Assembly: GCA_048938005.1 (NCBI GenBank)
Contig: JBHLMQ010000003.1
Location: 64,001-128,000 of the forward strand
Source: Promethearchaeota archaeon
GTDB lineage: Archaea; Asgardarchaeota; Lokiarchaeia; Sigyniarchaeales; SOKP01
DNA length: 64,000 bases
Direction of reading: 5' to 3'
Positions 1 to 9,558 of the stretch are shown one piece after another. A model generated the notes under the pieces. The model ran no database searches, was not told the DNA's origin, and saw nothing but the letters and a program-made list of their open reading frames with translations. The stretch's first letter is position 1. Each line of letters opens with the position of its first letter. A program made the position numbers and the translations under genes.

Positions 1-1158
1 ATGAAATTCTTTGATGAAAAGCTTGCAGATAAAGCAATTGAAAAGAAGGAAATAGATGAATTTACTGTTGGAACTGCAATGGGTGTCTATGAAGCTTGGA
101 CTTATGGAGGAAGAATCCCATTATTTTTAGCAGAATTTCCTCCCACGGTACCTGCCATGTTTGTGGATAGACAATGTGGTTCTGCTGGCTCTGGAATGCA
201 TGTTGGGATTATGGAAATTATGACGGGTAATAGTAAAATCTGTTTAGCTGGTGGCGTTGAACATATGACTCGAATACCAATGCAGAATGATTGGATTCGT
301 CCAAACTTAAAAATGATCAATAAGAAAAGCGAATGGTATCGACCACAATATGATTTCGTAACAACAATTAATATGATTCAAACCGCTCAAAAACTTTATG
401 AAGAGGAAGTTCCTGTTTTTACAAAGGAAGATATAGATAAATTTGGAGTTAGAAGTCATAATTTAACAGTGAAATATACTGAAGAAGGGTGGTTTAAGGG
501 TGAAATCGTTCCTATTGAGGGTCATGTTGAAGGTAATGTAGAAGAACCAATGATGATTGATAGAGACATGGCAGCACGAAAGTCCACTTTGGAAGGTGTA
601 GCTGGACTACGTCGACTTTCGAACCCATTTTACCTGAAGAAAAATGGAGGTAGAGCGGGATATGAAGAAAGAGAAGGGACTAGTGAAGGAGTAATAACTG
701 CTGGGAATTCTTCCCCACTGAATGCAGGTGCTACCACTTGTTTATTAATGGAAGCAAAAGAAGCAGAAAAAAGAGGACTTGAGCCATTAGCGAGGATTGT
801 ATCAATTGGTTGGGCAGCCGTAGATCCAAGTGTTATGGGTCGAGGTCCAGTTCCAGCCTCTCAAAAAGCATTAGATTATGCTGGTTTAACTGTTGACGAT
901 ATTGATTATTGGGAAATAAATGAAGCATTCACTATTGTTACGCTTAACTGCATGAAGGCTCTCAACATCCCTGAAGAAAAAGTTAATATCATGGGAGGAG
1001 CTACAGCAATAGGGCATCCCTTAGGTGCAACAATGATAAGATTACCAGGCACCCTTGCTCGTATTTTAAAAGATAAAAAAGCTAAGTATGGAGTTGCAAA
1101 CGCCTGTGTCGGTGGTGGGCAAGGTGTTGCAACAATATTAGAGAATATGGATGCCTAA
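1..1158 (+). CDS. Acetyl-CoA acyltransferase (thiolase), probably 5'-truncated by window edge
   Basis: DRQCGS nucleophile Cys, NEAF, GHPLGATM, ACVGGGQG motifs; typical N-terminal strand missing. Confidence 0.95.
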   Translation: MKFFDEKLADKAIEKKEIDEFTVGTAMGVYEAWTYGGRIPLFLAEFPPTVPAMFVDRQCGSAGSGMHVGIMEIMTGNSKICLAGGVEHMTRIPMQNDWIRPNLKMINKKSEWYRPQYDFVTTINMIQTAQKLYEEEVPVFTKEDIDKFGVRSHNLTVKYTEEGWFKGEIVPIEGHVEGNVEEPMMIDRDMAARKSTLEGVAGLRRLSNPFYLKKNGGRAGYEEREGTSEGVITAGNSSPLNAGATTCLLMEAKEAEKRGLEPLARIVSIGWAAVDPSVMGRGPVPASQKALDYAGLTVDDIDYWEINEAFTIVTLNCMKALNIPEEKVNIMGGATAIGHPLGATMIRLPGTLARILKDKKAKYGVANACVGGGQGVATILENMDA

Positions 1159-1189
1159 AACTTATTAAAATAAATTTTATATTACATTC

Positions 1190-1230
1190 TTTACATTTTT
1201 TTTGTTTTTTTTTATATTATTTTTTTTTCT
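1190..1230 (+). terminator. T-rich archaeal-type terminator after thiolase
   Basis: Several oligo-T runs shortly after the stop codon. Confidence 0.45.
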
Positions 1231-1349
1231 AGTGTCATCCAACCTGGAAAAATAAAATCCTTTAGATAAATCTGCCTTCTGCGAAATATTTAAATATTAA
1301 CGAATAACAAATTAACTTACAAAAAAATTAAATTTGAAGTGAAATCAAA

Positions 1350-1556
1350 ATGCCAGTTTATAAAAGTATTCAGTTAGTTGGAACCTCTGATAAAAATTGG
1401 GCTGATGCGGTTAAAAATTGTTATGATGAAGCAAAAAAGAGTCTCCGTGGTATTCGAAACATCCAAATTATTGAATCTGACGTAAAAGTTAAAGAAGACA
1501 TTGATAAATTAATTTATAGGGTAAGAGTTCAAGTTAACTTTCAATTAGAAAGGTAA
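1350..1556 (+). CDS. Dodecin-family flavin-binding protein
   Basis: 68 aa, VYKSIQLVGTS...W..A...A.KSLRGI...YRV pattern. Confidence 0.85.
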   Translation: MPVYKSIQLVGTSDKNWADAVKNCYDEAKKSLRGIRNIQIIESDVKVKEDIDKLIYRVRVQVNFQLER

Positions 1557-1616
1557 ATTATTAATCAATTCTTTATTTTTTTTCCTTTTCCTAAATTTTA
1601 GCTATATGCCATAATT

Positions 1617-2141
1617 TCATTTAATTCTCATTCTTTTTAATTCATTTAATTTCTGTCTTATTTGAGATTGTGCTACTAATGCATAAGTAAAATTAGGATC
1701 AATTTCTAATGCATGTTCATAGTTTTTTAAAGCTTCCTCGTAATTTTCTATTGCTTCATAAATTAATCCTAAATTGTAAAAACAATATTTATAATCAGGT
1801 TTAATTTTTAGTGCTGTTTCCAAAGAATTCTTAGCATTTTCCATTTCGCCTAAATTGTAATAAGCAATACCTAGATTATAATGAGCTCTATAATTATTAG
1901 AACTTAGATCAGTAATTCTTTTAAATATTTTTAGGGCTTTTTGGTATTTTTGAGTATAATAATCATTAAGGTACCCCCCATAATCAAATAAAGTCTCAAT
2001 TAAAATATTTTTTATCTCTTCAGAATTAGGAAACTTTTCATATAATTGATCTAAAATTTCTAAAGCTTCTTCGAAATTTTCTTGTTTCTTTAAAGTTTTT
2101 GCCTTTTTAATAAGATCTGTGGCATTATTTGAACTTTTCAT
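1617..2141 (-). CDS. Tetratricopeptide repeat protein
   Basis: Repeated YNLGxxY...A...ALxIxP TPR consensus. Confidence 0.9.
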   Translation of the reverse strand: MKSSNNATDLIKKAKTLKKQENFEEALEILDQLYEKFPNSEEIKNILIETLFDYGGYLNDYYTQKYQKALKIFKRITDLSSNNYRAHYNLGIAYYNLGEMENAKNSLETALKIKPDYKYCFYNLGLIYEAIENYEEALKNYEHALEIDPNFTYALVAQSQIRQKLNELKRMRIK

Positions 2142-2191
2142 GACATATATTCACATTCTTAGTAAATACAGAGAAAAGATATAAATAGGAA

Positions 2192-2680
2192 TTAAATTTC
2201 ATTTTCATACCAAATGTTTTGAGATTTTTTAACCCCAAGCTTTAGGAAAAGACTTCTTAAAGCTCCGTCTGAATCTGGACATATAAAATATACTTTATCT
2301 ATTTTTAACGTTCTCTTAACATATAATTGTAGCTCTCGAATAATTTTTTCTTCAATTCCTTTTTTAAAAGAATCTTCTTTTTTAGTCATAACTTGATGAA
2401 TTAATACTCTATCATTTCCTAAATAGTCCCTAAATAAGGTATAAGTTCCAAAACCTAAGATTTTCCCATCTTCCTTGGCTACAACCATAGAGTTTCGATA
2501 TTGAAGGTCAAGAGCCCTCCGATTTAATTCTTCCTCAAACTTTTCCCAATGAGAGAAGAAATAAGACTTGATCGAGATAAAATCTTTAAACAATTCCTTC
2601 AATGCTTCTTTGTCAACCCTGGGGTCATACCTGTCGATTATAATCAAACTTTTCACCGTAGAAATATTGATATTTAACAA
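2192..2680 (-). CDS. GNAT-fold putative N-acetyltransferase (start may be TTG at 2647 after GGTGA)
   Basis: VVAKEDGKILGFG strand, KKGI motif-A-like segment, LFLKLG ending. Confidence 0.55.
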   Translation of the reverse strand: MLNINISTVKSLIIIDRYDPRVDKEALKELFKDFISIKSYFFSHWEKFEEELNRRALDLQYRNSMVVAKEDGKILGFGTYTLFRDYLGNDRVLIHQVMTKKEDSFKKGIEEKIIRELQLYVKRTLKIDKVYFICPDSDGALRSLFLKLGVKKSQNIWYENEI

Positions 2681-2741
2681 AATATCTATTCTTTAATAAA
2701 AATTATTTTTTAAAACTAAGAATAATTTAAAATGATAAATT

Positions 2742-3257
2742 ATGAGCCGTAAGATTAATAAGAAACCTTTCTCAATTCCTTTAAAGAAATTAAGAGAAGA
2801 TACTTTAATCCCAAAACCATCAAAACCAGGAGATGCTGGTGCTGATGCTCGAATTATGGGCTTTAAGAAGATAATTCATGAAAATGATAAAAAAGAATTA
2901 ATCGAAATTGATAAGGATGTTTATACATTAAAACCACTTGAGAGAATTGGATGTTCATTAGGTTTTTCAACTGCTATACCAGATGGTTATTATTTTAAAG
3001 TTGTACCCAGAAGTGGATTAGCTTTATGGGATGGTCTTTCTATTATGAATTCTCCCGGCACCATCGATTCAGGATACAGAAATGAGTGGATGGCAATAAT
3101 AGTCAACTTATCCAATAAAGAGGTTAAATTGAAAAAAGGAGAAAGAATTTGCCAAATCATCTTATCTAAAATGTATAGTTATGAATTTAATGAAACAGAT
3201 AATCTAAATGAATCAGAACGTGGACAAGGAGGATTCGGGAGCACAGGGAAAGAGTAG
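2742..3257 (+). CDS. dut: dUTP diphosphatase (trimeric dUTPase)
   Basis: AGAD, PRSG, GTIDSGYR, ERICQ, RGQGGFGSTG motifs. Confidence 0.95.
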   Translation: MSRKINKKPFSIPLKKLREDTLIPKPSKPGDAGADARIMGFKKIIHENDKKELIEIDKDVYTLKPLERIGCSLGFSTAIPDGYYFKVVPRSGLALWDGLSIMNSPGTIDSGYRNEWMAIIVNLSNKEVKLKKGERICQIILSKMYSYEFNETDNLNESERGQGGFGSTGKE

Positions 3258-3297
3258 ATATGAAATTATTTATATCATTAAAAGGAAAAATCATATT

Positions 3298-3420
3298 ATG
3301 TCTGAGTTACCTCGTCAAGAATTATTCATGATTGAGGAATTAAAAGAAAATAGATGTGAAATGAGTTAAAAGGAATTGTAAGCGCTTTGTAAGGAAAAAT
3401 TTGAAGTTAAGATTTCATAA
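3298..3420 (+). pseudogene. Possible decayed remnant of a small helical protein gene
   Basis: MSELPRQELFMIEELKENRCEMS*KEL*ALCKEKFEVKIS*; protein-like frame with two internal TAA. Confidence 0.35.
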
Positions 3421-3489
3421 ATTTCTCAATCGTAAACCTTATGTTATTTTTTTAATTTTCTTTGATAATATTCGGGTTTAAAATATATT

Positions 3490-5013
3490 ATGAGTGAAAA
3501 TAATACAGGATCCGCCAAAGATAATTTTATTGAACAAATTCTAAATCCCCAGAGTATCTGTGTTTTTGGTGCTAATAATAATCTTATGACTACAATGGGC
3601 TCAATGCAACTCAGAAATATTATAGCTGGCGGTGGATTTAATGGAAATTTATACCCCGTGCATCCAAGATTGGAAAAAGTTCAAGGAATTCAAGCTTATA
3701 AATCTATATTCAATATTCCAATAATACCAGATTTAGCATTTATTATATTGCCAACTAGAATTGTACCACAAATTATGGAAGAATGTGGTCAAAAGGGTGT
3801 AAAGCATTTAATTATTACATCGGGTGGCTTTCGAGAAAGTGGATCCGAAGGAATAGAATTATCTAAACAAATTGACGAAATAGCTAAAAAATATAATATG
3901 AGATTCATTGGCCCTAACTGTCTAGGTGTATATAATGGATGGTATGGTTATCCTGATAAAAAAGACGCATATTTTAACACTTTTTGGATTTATCTCCCTC
4001 ATAAACGAGGAAATATTTCTATTATTAGTCAATCTGGTACTGTTGCTGCTCAAACTGCTTTTTATACGAATGATCTCGGAATAAAAATAGGAAAATCTAT
4101 CTCTGTAGGCAATGAAAGAAATATAGATTTAGTAGATGTATTGCAATATTTTAAAAATGATCCTCTTACTGAAGTAATTGGACTCTATATCGAAGAAATT
4201 AAACAAGGAAGGAATTTCATTGAATTAGTAAAAGAAATAACTCCTAAAAAACCTGTAGTTGCAATTTATGCTGGAGGTACAAAAGCAGCAGCAAGATCTA
4301 TAATGAGCCATACAGGTTCAATTAGTGCTGACAATAAAATTTATAAAGCTATATTTAAAGAAACAGGTATAATTTCTACTAATTCTATTATGGATTTCTT
4401 GTATTATCTTAGAACTTTATCACAAGCACAATCTTATAAAATCTTTCCAAAAGGCAATAGAGTAGGAATTATAACTGATTCTGGAGGTCCCGGTGCTATG
4501 ATGACTAAAACTGCCGAATTATATGGATTAGAGGTACCAGAATTTTCACAAGAATTACAATCGGAAATTAAAAGAGAAATTCCTAAAACAGCAAGCTCAG
4601 TGAATCCTATCGACATTACTTTTCATGAAAACTTCATGAATATGTTTACAAAATTTCCAAAATTATTAATAAAATCTCACGAAGTCGATGCAATTATAGT
4701 ATTTGGAGTTTATGATTTTGATGATATAATGAATGTTATTGAGAAATCAGGGATGAAATTTGATGAAAATATGATTAATATGAGAGATATTTTTGAAAAT
4801 CTTGTTCTAAAATCTATAAAAAGATTAATGCAAAAATTTTCAATACCAATATTTTTTGCTGGGCCATACCCTTATAGATATCCTTGGATGCAGAAATTCA
4901 TAGAACATGATATTCCTATTTTTAGTATGTGGGATGATATAACTAAATGCCTTAATATTTTATGTCAATATACTGAATATCGGAACAAAATGAATCTAAA
5001 ATTTAAAGAATGA
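3490..5013 (+). CDS. Acyl-CoA synthetase (ADP-forming) alpha-subunit-like
   Basis: CoA-binding domain, GPNCLG, SQSG, SVGNE, SHTGS phospho-His, NPID. Confidence 0.9.
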   Translation: MSENNTGSAKDNFIEQILNPQSICVFGANNNLMTTMGSMQLRNIIAGGGFNGNLYPVHPRLEKVQGIQAYKSIFNIPIIPDLAFIILPTRIVPQIMEECGQKGVKHLIITSGGFRESGSEGIELSKQIDEIAKKYNMRFIGPNCLGVYNGWYGYPDKKDAYFNTFWIYLPHKRGNISIISQSGTVAAQTAFYTNDLGIKIGKSISVGNERNIDLVDVLQYFKNDPLTEVIGLYIEEIKQGRNFIELVKEITPKKPVVAIYAGGTKAAARSIMSHTGSISADNKIYKAIFKETGIISTNSIMDFLYYLRTLSQAQSYKIFPKGNRVGIITDSGGPGAMMTKTAELYGLEVPEFSQELQSEIKREIPKTASSVNPIDITFHENFMNMFTKFPKLLIKSHEVDAIIVFGVYDFDDIMNVIEKSGMKFDENMINMRDIFENLVLKSIKRLMQKFSIPIFFAGPYPYRYPWMQKFIEHDIPIFSMWDDITKCLNILCQYTEYRNKMNLKFKE

Positions 5014-5141
5014 AGATTTAAGTTGTAATAATTCTATTGATTTCACTAATTATATATATAAATTTTATCTATAATTATTAGAATACTTTAAAAAGAAATT
5101 TTAGATAATTGAGAATGTAATAACATAAATGTGAGTTTTTT

Positions 5142-6140
5142 TTGTCTCTAGAATTTATTAATCCTCCATCAGCGATATTAGCTTCCGGATCTAAATTAGG
5201 TGTTGAACTTGGAGGAAGTAAAAGCATCATAAGTATTGACGCATTCCATAATTTATATTCTGAAGGGTTAATCTTTAGCGAACTCAGTTGGGGCGCTTTC
5301 TATCAAGAAGAAGGTTTAGAAGATCAAATTGACACATTTGAAACAAAGGAATTTGATTCTATTAGGGAGGATCCTGAAGCTTTAATTAAAACAATTGTAG
5401 AAACCATATACAATATTATAAATAATGAAAAACTCTTTTATGGTATTGCTGATTTTGAAGTAGACGCCTTTCTTAATCAAAATACTGTTATTCCTGGTCT
5501 TAAATTAGATTATGATATTATAAATAAATTATTAGAAGCTCATAAAAAGACAAGGAATAAAGATTTATTTCCAAAACTCGTGTCCAATGCAAAAGGAGCA
5601 CATAGAATAAAAGTAGAATTTCAAGGAAAGAAAAAAAAGAATCTTCATCTTAAAGGAAATAAGTTAGAAGATTTAGCAAATATTTTAAGATTTGCTAATG
5701 GATTTGCTACAGGTATTGTCTGTACTTCTCGAGGTGCCGCAAACCTCTATGTCTTAAGTGATAATATTGTTTTTGAAGAAGATATAATACCGGATCTTCA
5801 TATTGATGAAGATAATTTAGCAATAATTGAGCTCGGTATTCAAAGAGAGTTGCTGTTTCCAATTAGTTGGTTTAGAATCGATTTAGGGATTAAATCATTA
5901 GAAACATTAGAACTCTGGGATAAAATTAAAGATAATGCTAAATTAAGTAAAGCATTAGAACGGTATGAGAAATATGTCACAAGTTTAGTCTATAAAAAGT
6001 TTAAATTTATGGCTTCAACAGAGCAGATAGGTACCGATTTTGAAGAGGATTTTTATGAAATGAGTCCAGCTGAAAGAAGAAAAGCTCTTAGAGATATGGC
6101 CGAAGCAATAAGAAAATTAACCGATGAATATAAAAAATAG
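5142..6140 (+). CDS. Hypothetical protein (332 aa)
   Basis: Long ORF, TTG start, no recognised motif. Confidence 0.75.
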   Translation: MSLEFINPPSAILASGSKLGVELGGSKSIISIDAFHNLYSEGLIFSELSWGAFYQEEGLEDQIDTFETKEFDSIREDPEALIKTIVETIYNIINNEKLFYGIADFEVDAFLNQNTVIPGLKLDYDIINKLLEAHKKTRNKDLFPKLVSNAKGAHRIKVEFQGKKKKNLHLKGNKLEDLANILRFANGFATGIVCTSRGAANLYVLSDNIVFEEDIIPDLHIDEDNLAIIELGIQRELLFPISWFRIDLGIKSLETLELWDKIKDNAKLSKALERYEKYVTSLVYKKFKFMASTEQIGTDFEEDFYEMSPAERRKALRDMAEAIRKLTDEYKK

Positions 6141-6144
6141 AGTT

Positions 6145-6453
6145 CTACTTCTCTTTTAGAATTCTTGGAGCCTTGAAATAACCATTTTTTGTATGTTTAG
6201 CATTCTTTAAAGCTTCTTCATTAGATAGGGATTCCCAAGGCTCATCTTCTCTAAAAACGTTCTTTAAACCTTCTATTGGATGGGTCATTGGCTTAACATT
6301 ACCGGTATCAATATCTTCTAACTTCTTGAAATAATTAAGAATATCACCTAATTCTTTAGATAATTTATCTTTTTCTTCATCAGATAAATCTAATAAAGCT
6401 AATTTTGATATGTGATCAATAGTATCTTTTGATAATTCTCCGTTCTTAGTCAT
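6145..6453 (-). CDS. gatC: Asp/Glu-tRNA amidotransferase subunit C
   Basis: HISKLALL, L..IL.YF.KL..IDT, NVFRED, ALKNA...GYFKAPRI. Confidence 0.92.
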   Translation of the reverse strand: MTKNGELSKDTIDHISKLALLDLSDEEKDKLSKELGDILNYFKKLEDIDTGNVKPMTHPIEGLKNVFREDEPWESLSNEEALKNAKHTKNGYFKAPRILKEK

Positions 6454-6569
6454 AACTTAACTCATTAAATTATAGTCTTATAAAATAATTAAGCTTGATT
6501 ATATTAGATTTACAAAAATTAGGAATAAAAGTTAAATAAATAAATTTAAATATTTTATAGACACTATAT

Positions 6570-6593
6570 CAGTAACTGGTAGTCCAGTTACTG
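6570..6593. promoter_or_regulatory. Perfect inverted repeat, probable PadR operator
   Basis: CAGTAACTGG-TAGT-CCAGTTACTG, about 40 bp upstream of the PadR gene. Confidence 0.65.
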
Positions 6594-6634
6594 GTACTTT
6601 TTGATTTTATGTAAAATTCAGAGATTTATCTTCC

Positions 6635-7258
6635 ATGGTTGAAAATTATCACAAAAATTTTGAAAAAGTATTGAAAAAAAACTTTACCAATATTTTTGTC
6701 CTTACTATTATTGAAAAAGAACCTTCTCATGGTTATAAGATAGGTAATGAAATAGAAAAGCGGACTTTAGGAATGTGGAAACCATCTGCATCGACACTTT
6801 ATTGGATATTAAATAACCTAAGGGAAAAAGGATTCATAAGACTCATTAAAGAAGATAAAAACAAAAAAATCTATCAAATTACAGATACAGGTAGAGAAAC
6901 CTTGAAATTAATGAAATTAACTCAGCGTAAGGTAAGAAAATCATATCGTCGTTTTCTATCAACATCTATAGTAGATAATGGTTCAGTTAATGAAGAGGAG
7001 CTCGAGCACTTTGATGATGTTCCAAGTATTCAGATGTTACCAACTGCTCTGAGACCAGATAGATTTAATGGGGATTTAACACTATCAGAGAAACTGTACC
7101 TTTTAGAAACTCAAAGAGCATCAATAATAGAAAATCGCGATAGAATGAATGACTACATCAAAGATTTCGATGAAACAATTTTAAAAATTAAAATTGAACT
7201 GGATAATGAGGAGAAGAAATCTCAACCAGGAAAATTTAGAAAAAATGAAAGACAATGA
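6635..7258 (+). CDS. PadR-family transcriptional regulator
   Basis: HGYKI...PSASTLY..L..L.EKGFI...KKIYQITDTG. Confidence 0.9.
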   Translation: MVENYHKNFEKVLKKNFTNIFVLTIIEKEPSHGYKIGNEIEKRTLGMWKPSASTLYWILNNLREKGFIRLIKEDKNKKIYQITDTGRETLKLMKLTQRKVRKSYRRFLSTSIVDNGSVNEEELEHFDDVPSIQMLPTALRPDRFNGDLTLSEKLYLLETQRASIIENRDRMNDYIKDFDETILKIKIELDNEEKKSQPGKFRKNERQ

Positions 7259-7280
7259 TTAAAAACGAGTTGATATAAAA

Positions 7281-8252
7281 ATGAATATTGAACAAAATAA
7301 AAAGAGAATAAATTTTCTTACTTTTCTAATCTCTTATAAATGTACTAATGAATGTAAGCATTGTGCGATTCCAGGTTCTCCAAATCAAGACAATATTTCA
7401 ATGAAACTGGAGGATGTAAGAAGATACTTAGAAGATGTTACCTCTAATTATATTGTTGATGAAGTTGGTTTTTTTGGAGGAGAGCCTTTACTTCACCTTA
7501 ATTTACTAGTTAGACTCATTGAAGAAGTGAAAAAATTTGATATTCCAAAGATCGGATTACCCACAAATGGATATTGGGGAAAAAATGATTCGATTGCTAA
7601 CAAATATGCCTTAAAGTTAAAAGAAGCAGGTTTGAATACAATTGGTTTTAGTGTTGACACGTTTCATCAAGATTTTATTCCACTCGATGTAGTTAAACGA
7701 GCAATGAAAGCTGCTTATGAAGTTGGAATTGAACAGATATATTCAATAACTCAAAATCTGGGGCCTGAAAATATAAAAAATTCTTTTAATGAACAGAATA
7801 AAAAAATTACTGAAGAAATTTCTAAAGAGTTTGAGTTTTGCCAGGTAATAAATAGTGAATTACAAGTGAGAGGTCGAGCTGCGACACAACTCTCTGAATA
7901 TTTCTCAATGACTACGATACCCTCAGATAAATGTCTTATTTTTAAGCTTCCAATGTTTATGATAGATCCTAATGGATGGGTTTTTCATCAATTATGTCAT
8001 GGCATTTGTATTGGGAATGCCAAGGAAAATTCATTATCGGAGATAATAGGTGAGTTTAACTATCGAAAACATCCAATAATAAGTAAGGTGGTATCTAAGG
8101 GAGGCCCTCAAAATCTTCTTGAAATTGCGATTGAAAAAGGTTATCAACCTCAAAATGGGTATGCGGATAAATGCCACCTTTGTTATTCCGTTAGGAATTT
8201 TCTCCGTCCTTTTTATCCAAATATCCTTCAACCCTCAAATGTATATTTTTAA
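7281..8252 (+). CDS. Radical SAM protein with C-terminal Cys-rich (SPASM/twitch-like) region
   Basis: CTNECKHC, GGEP, TNG, SVDTFH, C-terminal CxxxC...CHLC. Confidence 0.9.
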   Translation: MNIEQNKKRINFLTFLISYKCTNECKHCAIPGSPNQDNISMKLEDVRRYLEDVTSNYIVDEVGFFGGEPLLHLNLLVRLIEEVKKFDIPKIGLPTNGYWGKNDSIANKYALKLKEAGLNTIGFSVDTFHQDFIPLDVVKRAMKAAYEVGIEQIYSITQNLGPENIKNSFNEQNKKITEEISKEFEFCQVINSELQVRGRAATQLSEYFSMTTIPSDKCLIFKLPMFMIDPNGWVFHQLCHGICIGNAKENSLSEIIGEFNYRKHPIISKVVSKGGPQNLLEIAIEKGYQPQNGYADKCHLCYSVRNFLRPFYPNILQPSNVYF

Positions 8253-8352
8253 ATAATACGATGAAGATATAGGATATCCATCAAAGGAATTTAGTAAGAA
8301 TCTTTAAAAAATAATAGTAAGAATTAAGTTTTATCTATATTTTATTTTAAAT

Positions 8353-8706
8353 ATGGTAGATAAAGAAGATTTAAGACTGGAAATCCCAAGTTATGCATAT
8401 ATCGCTCTAGCAAGACGTGGAATGGAAAAGATTTCTTTAGATCAATGCTTTCTTAAAGACTGTGATAATCAAGACCCAAACTTATTAGAACCTTTAAAAA
8501 AGGAAGAAAGTGAAGAAGAACTTAAATCAATAAAGAAAATTTATATAAAATGCAAGAAATGTAATAGAATTTTTATTCTTAAATTTGAAACACTAAAATA
8601 TGTTGCCAAGTCAACTAAAGATAAAGAAAATGAGCCTCTTTCAATGGGCTTAGTTCATGCTTTAGATGAAAACGGTAAAAATTTAGGGCATATAGGATAT
8701 TTTTAA
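8353..8706 (+). CDS. Hypothetical protein, probable Zn-binding
   Basis: CFLKDC and CKKC pairs. Confidence 0.7.
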   Translation: MVDKEDLRLEIPSYAYIALARRGMEKISLDQCFLKDCDNQDPNLLEPLKKEESEEELKSIKKIYIKCKKCNRIFILKFETLKYVAKSTKDKENEPLSMGLVHALDENGKNLGHIGYF

Positions 8707-8735
8707 AAATTTAAGTTAATTTTCTTATTTACCTA

Positions 8736-9431
8736 ATGAAATATAATTTTTATTTATTTGATTTGGATGGAACTTTGCTCCATCTTGGCAATATCGGAGC
8801 TTATGTTGATCAGATATTAATTGAAACCTTCATTAGATTAGAAGCTAGTAATCCTCCAAAAAACAATGAAAAGTATAGACTTTGGTCTCCTGAAGAAGAT
8901 TTTTTTGATGTTTTAGAAGAATGGGGTGTTAAAAATCCTCATAATTTTTGGAAGGTTTATGATGAGATAGATTTTAACTGGAGAAAGAAACTAATAGAAA
9001 AAAAACAGGTTTTCTTATATAAGGATGTTTATAATATATTAGAAAAGCTTTATCATCACAAAAATAATAAAAAACTCGCAATAGTTTCAAACACAGCATA
9101 TTACATTGTTGAATTTATCTTGGAGAAATTTAATATCACTAAATTTTTCCATGAGATTTTTAGTTTAGGTTATTATAATAACGATCAAGAATTAGCGAAA
9201 CCGTCTCCTAAAGGTGTTCTCACCATATTGGATAAATTTGAATATAATCCAAAAGAATCAAAAGCTATCTTAGTTGGAGATTCTAAATTTGATATTATTG
9301 CTGCTAAAAAAGCTAACATTTATGCTTGTTTAATAAGAAGGGAAATAAATCCACATAATAAACAATATAAAAAATGGAATATTCAACCAGATTTCGTCAT
9401 AGAAGGATTAAATGAACTACTTTATTTATAA
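8736..9431 (+). CDS. HAD-superfamily hydrolase (phosphoglycolate phosphatase-like)
   Basis: FDLDGTL, IVSN, KPSP, GDSKFDI. Confidence 0.92.
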   Translation: MKYNFYLFDLDGTLLHLGNIGAYVDQILIETFIRLEASNPPKNNEKYRLWSPEEDFFDVLEEWGVKNPHNFWKVYDEIDFNWRKKLIEKKQVFLYKDVYNILEKLYHHKNNKKLAIVSNTAYYIVEFILEKFNITKFFHEIFSLGYYNNDQELAKPSPKGVLTILDKFEYNPKESKAILVGDSKFDIIAAKKANIYACLIRREINPHNKQYKKWNIQPDFVIEGLNELLYL

Positions 9432-9558
9432 TATTAAGAAATTTAAAAATGTTTGACTTCCAACTCAAAATTAATGAAATAATACAAATTGAATGAATAA
9501 AATTAAATAATCAAACTGATTTTTATTTAATATTGAAAATCTTAAGAGAATAGTCCAA

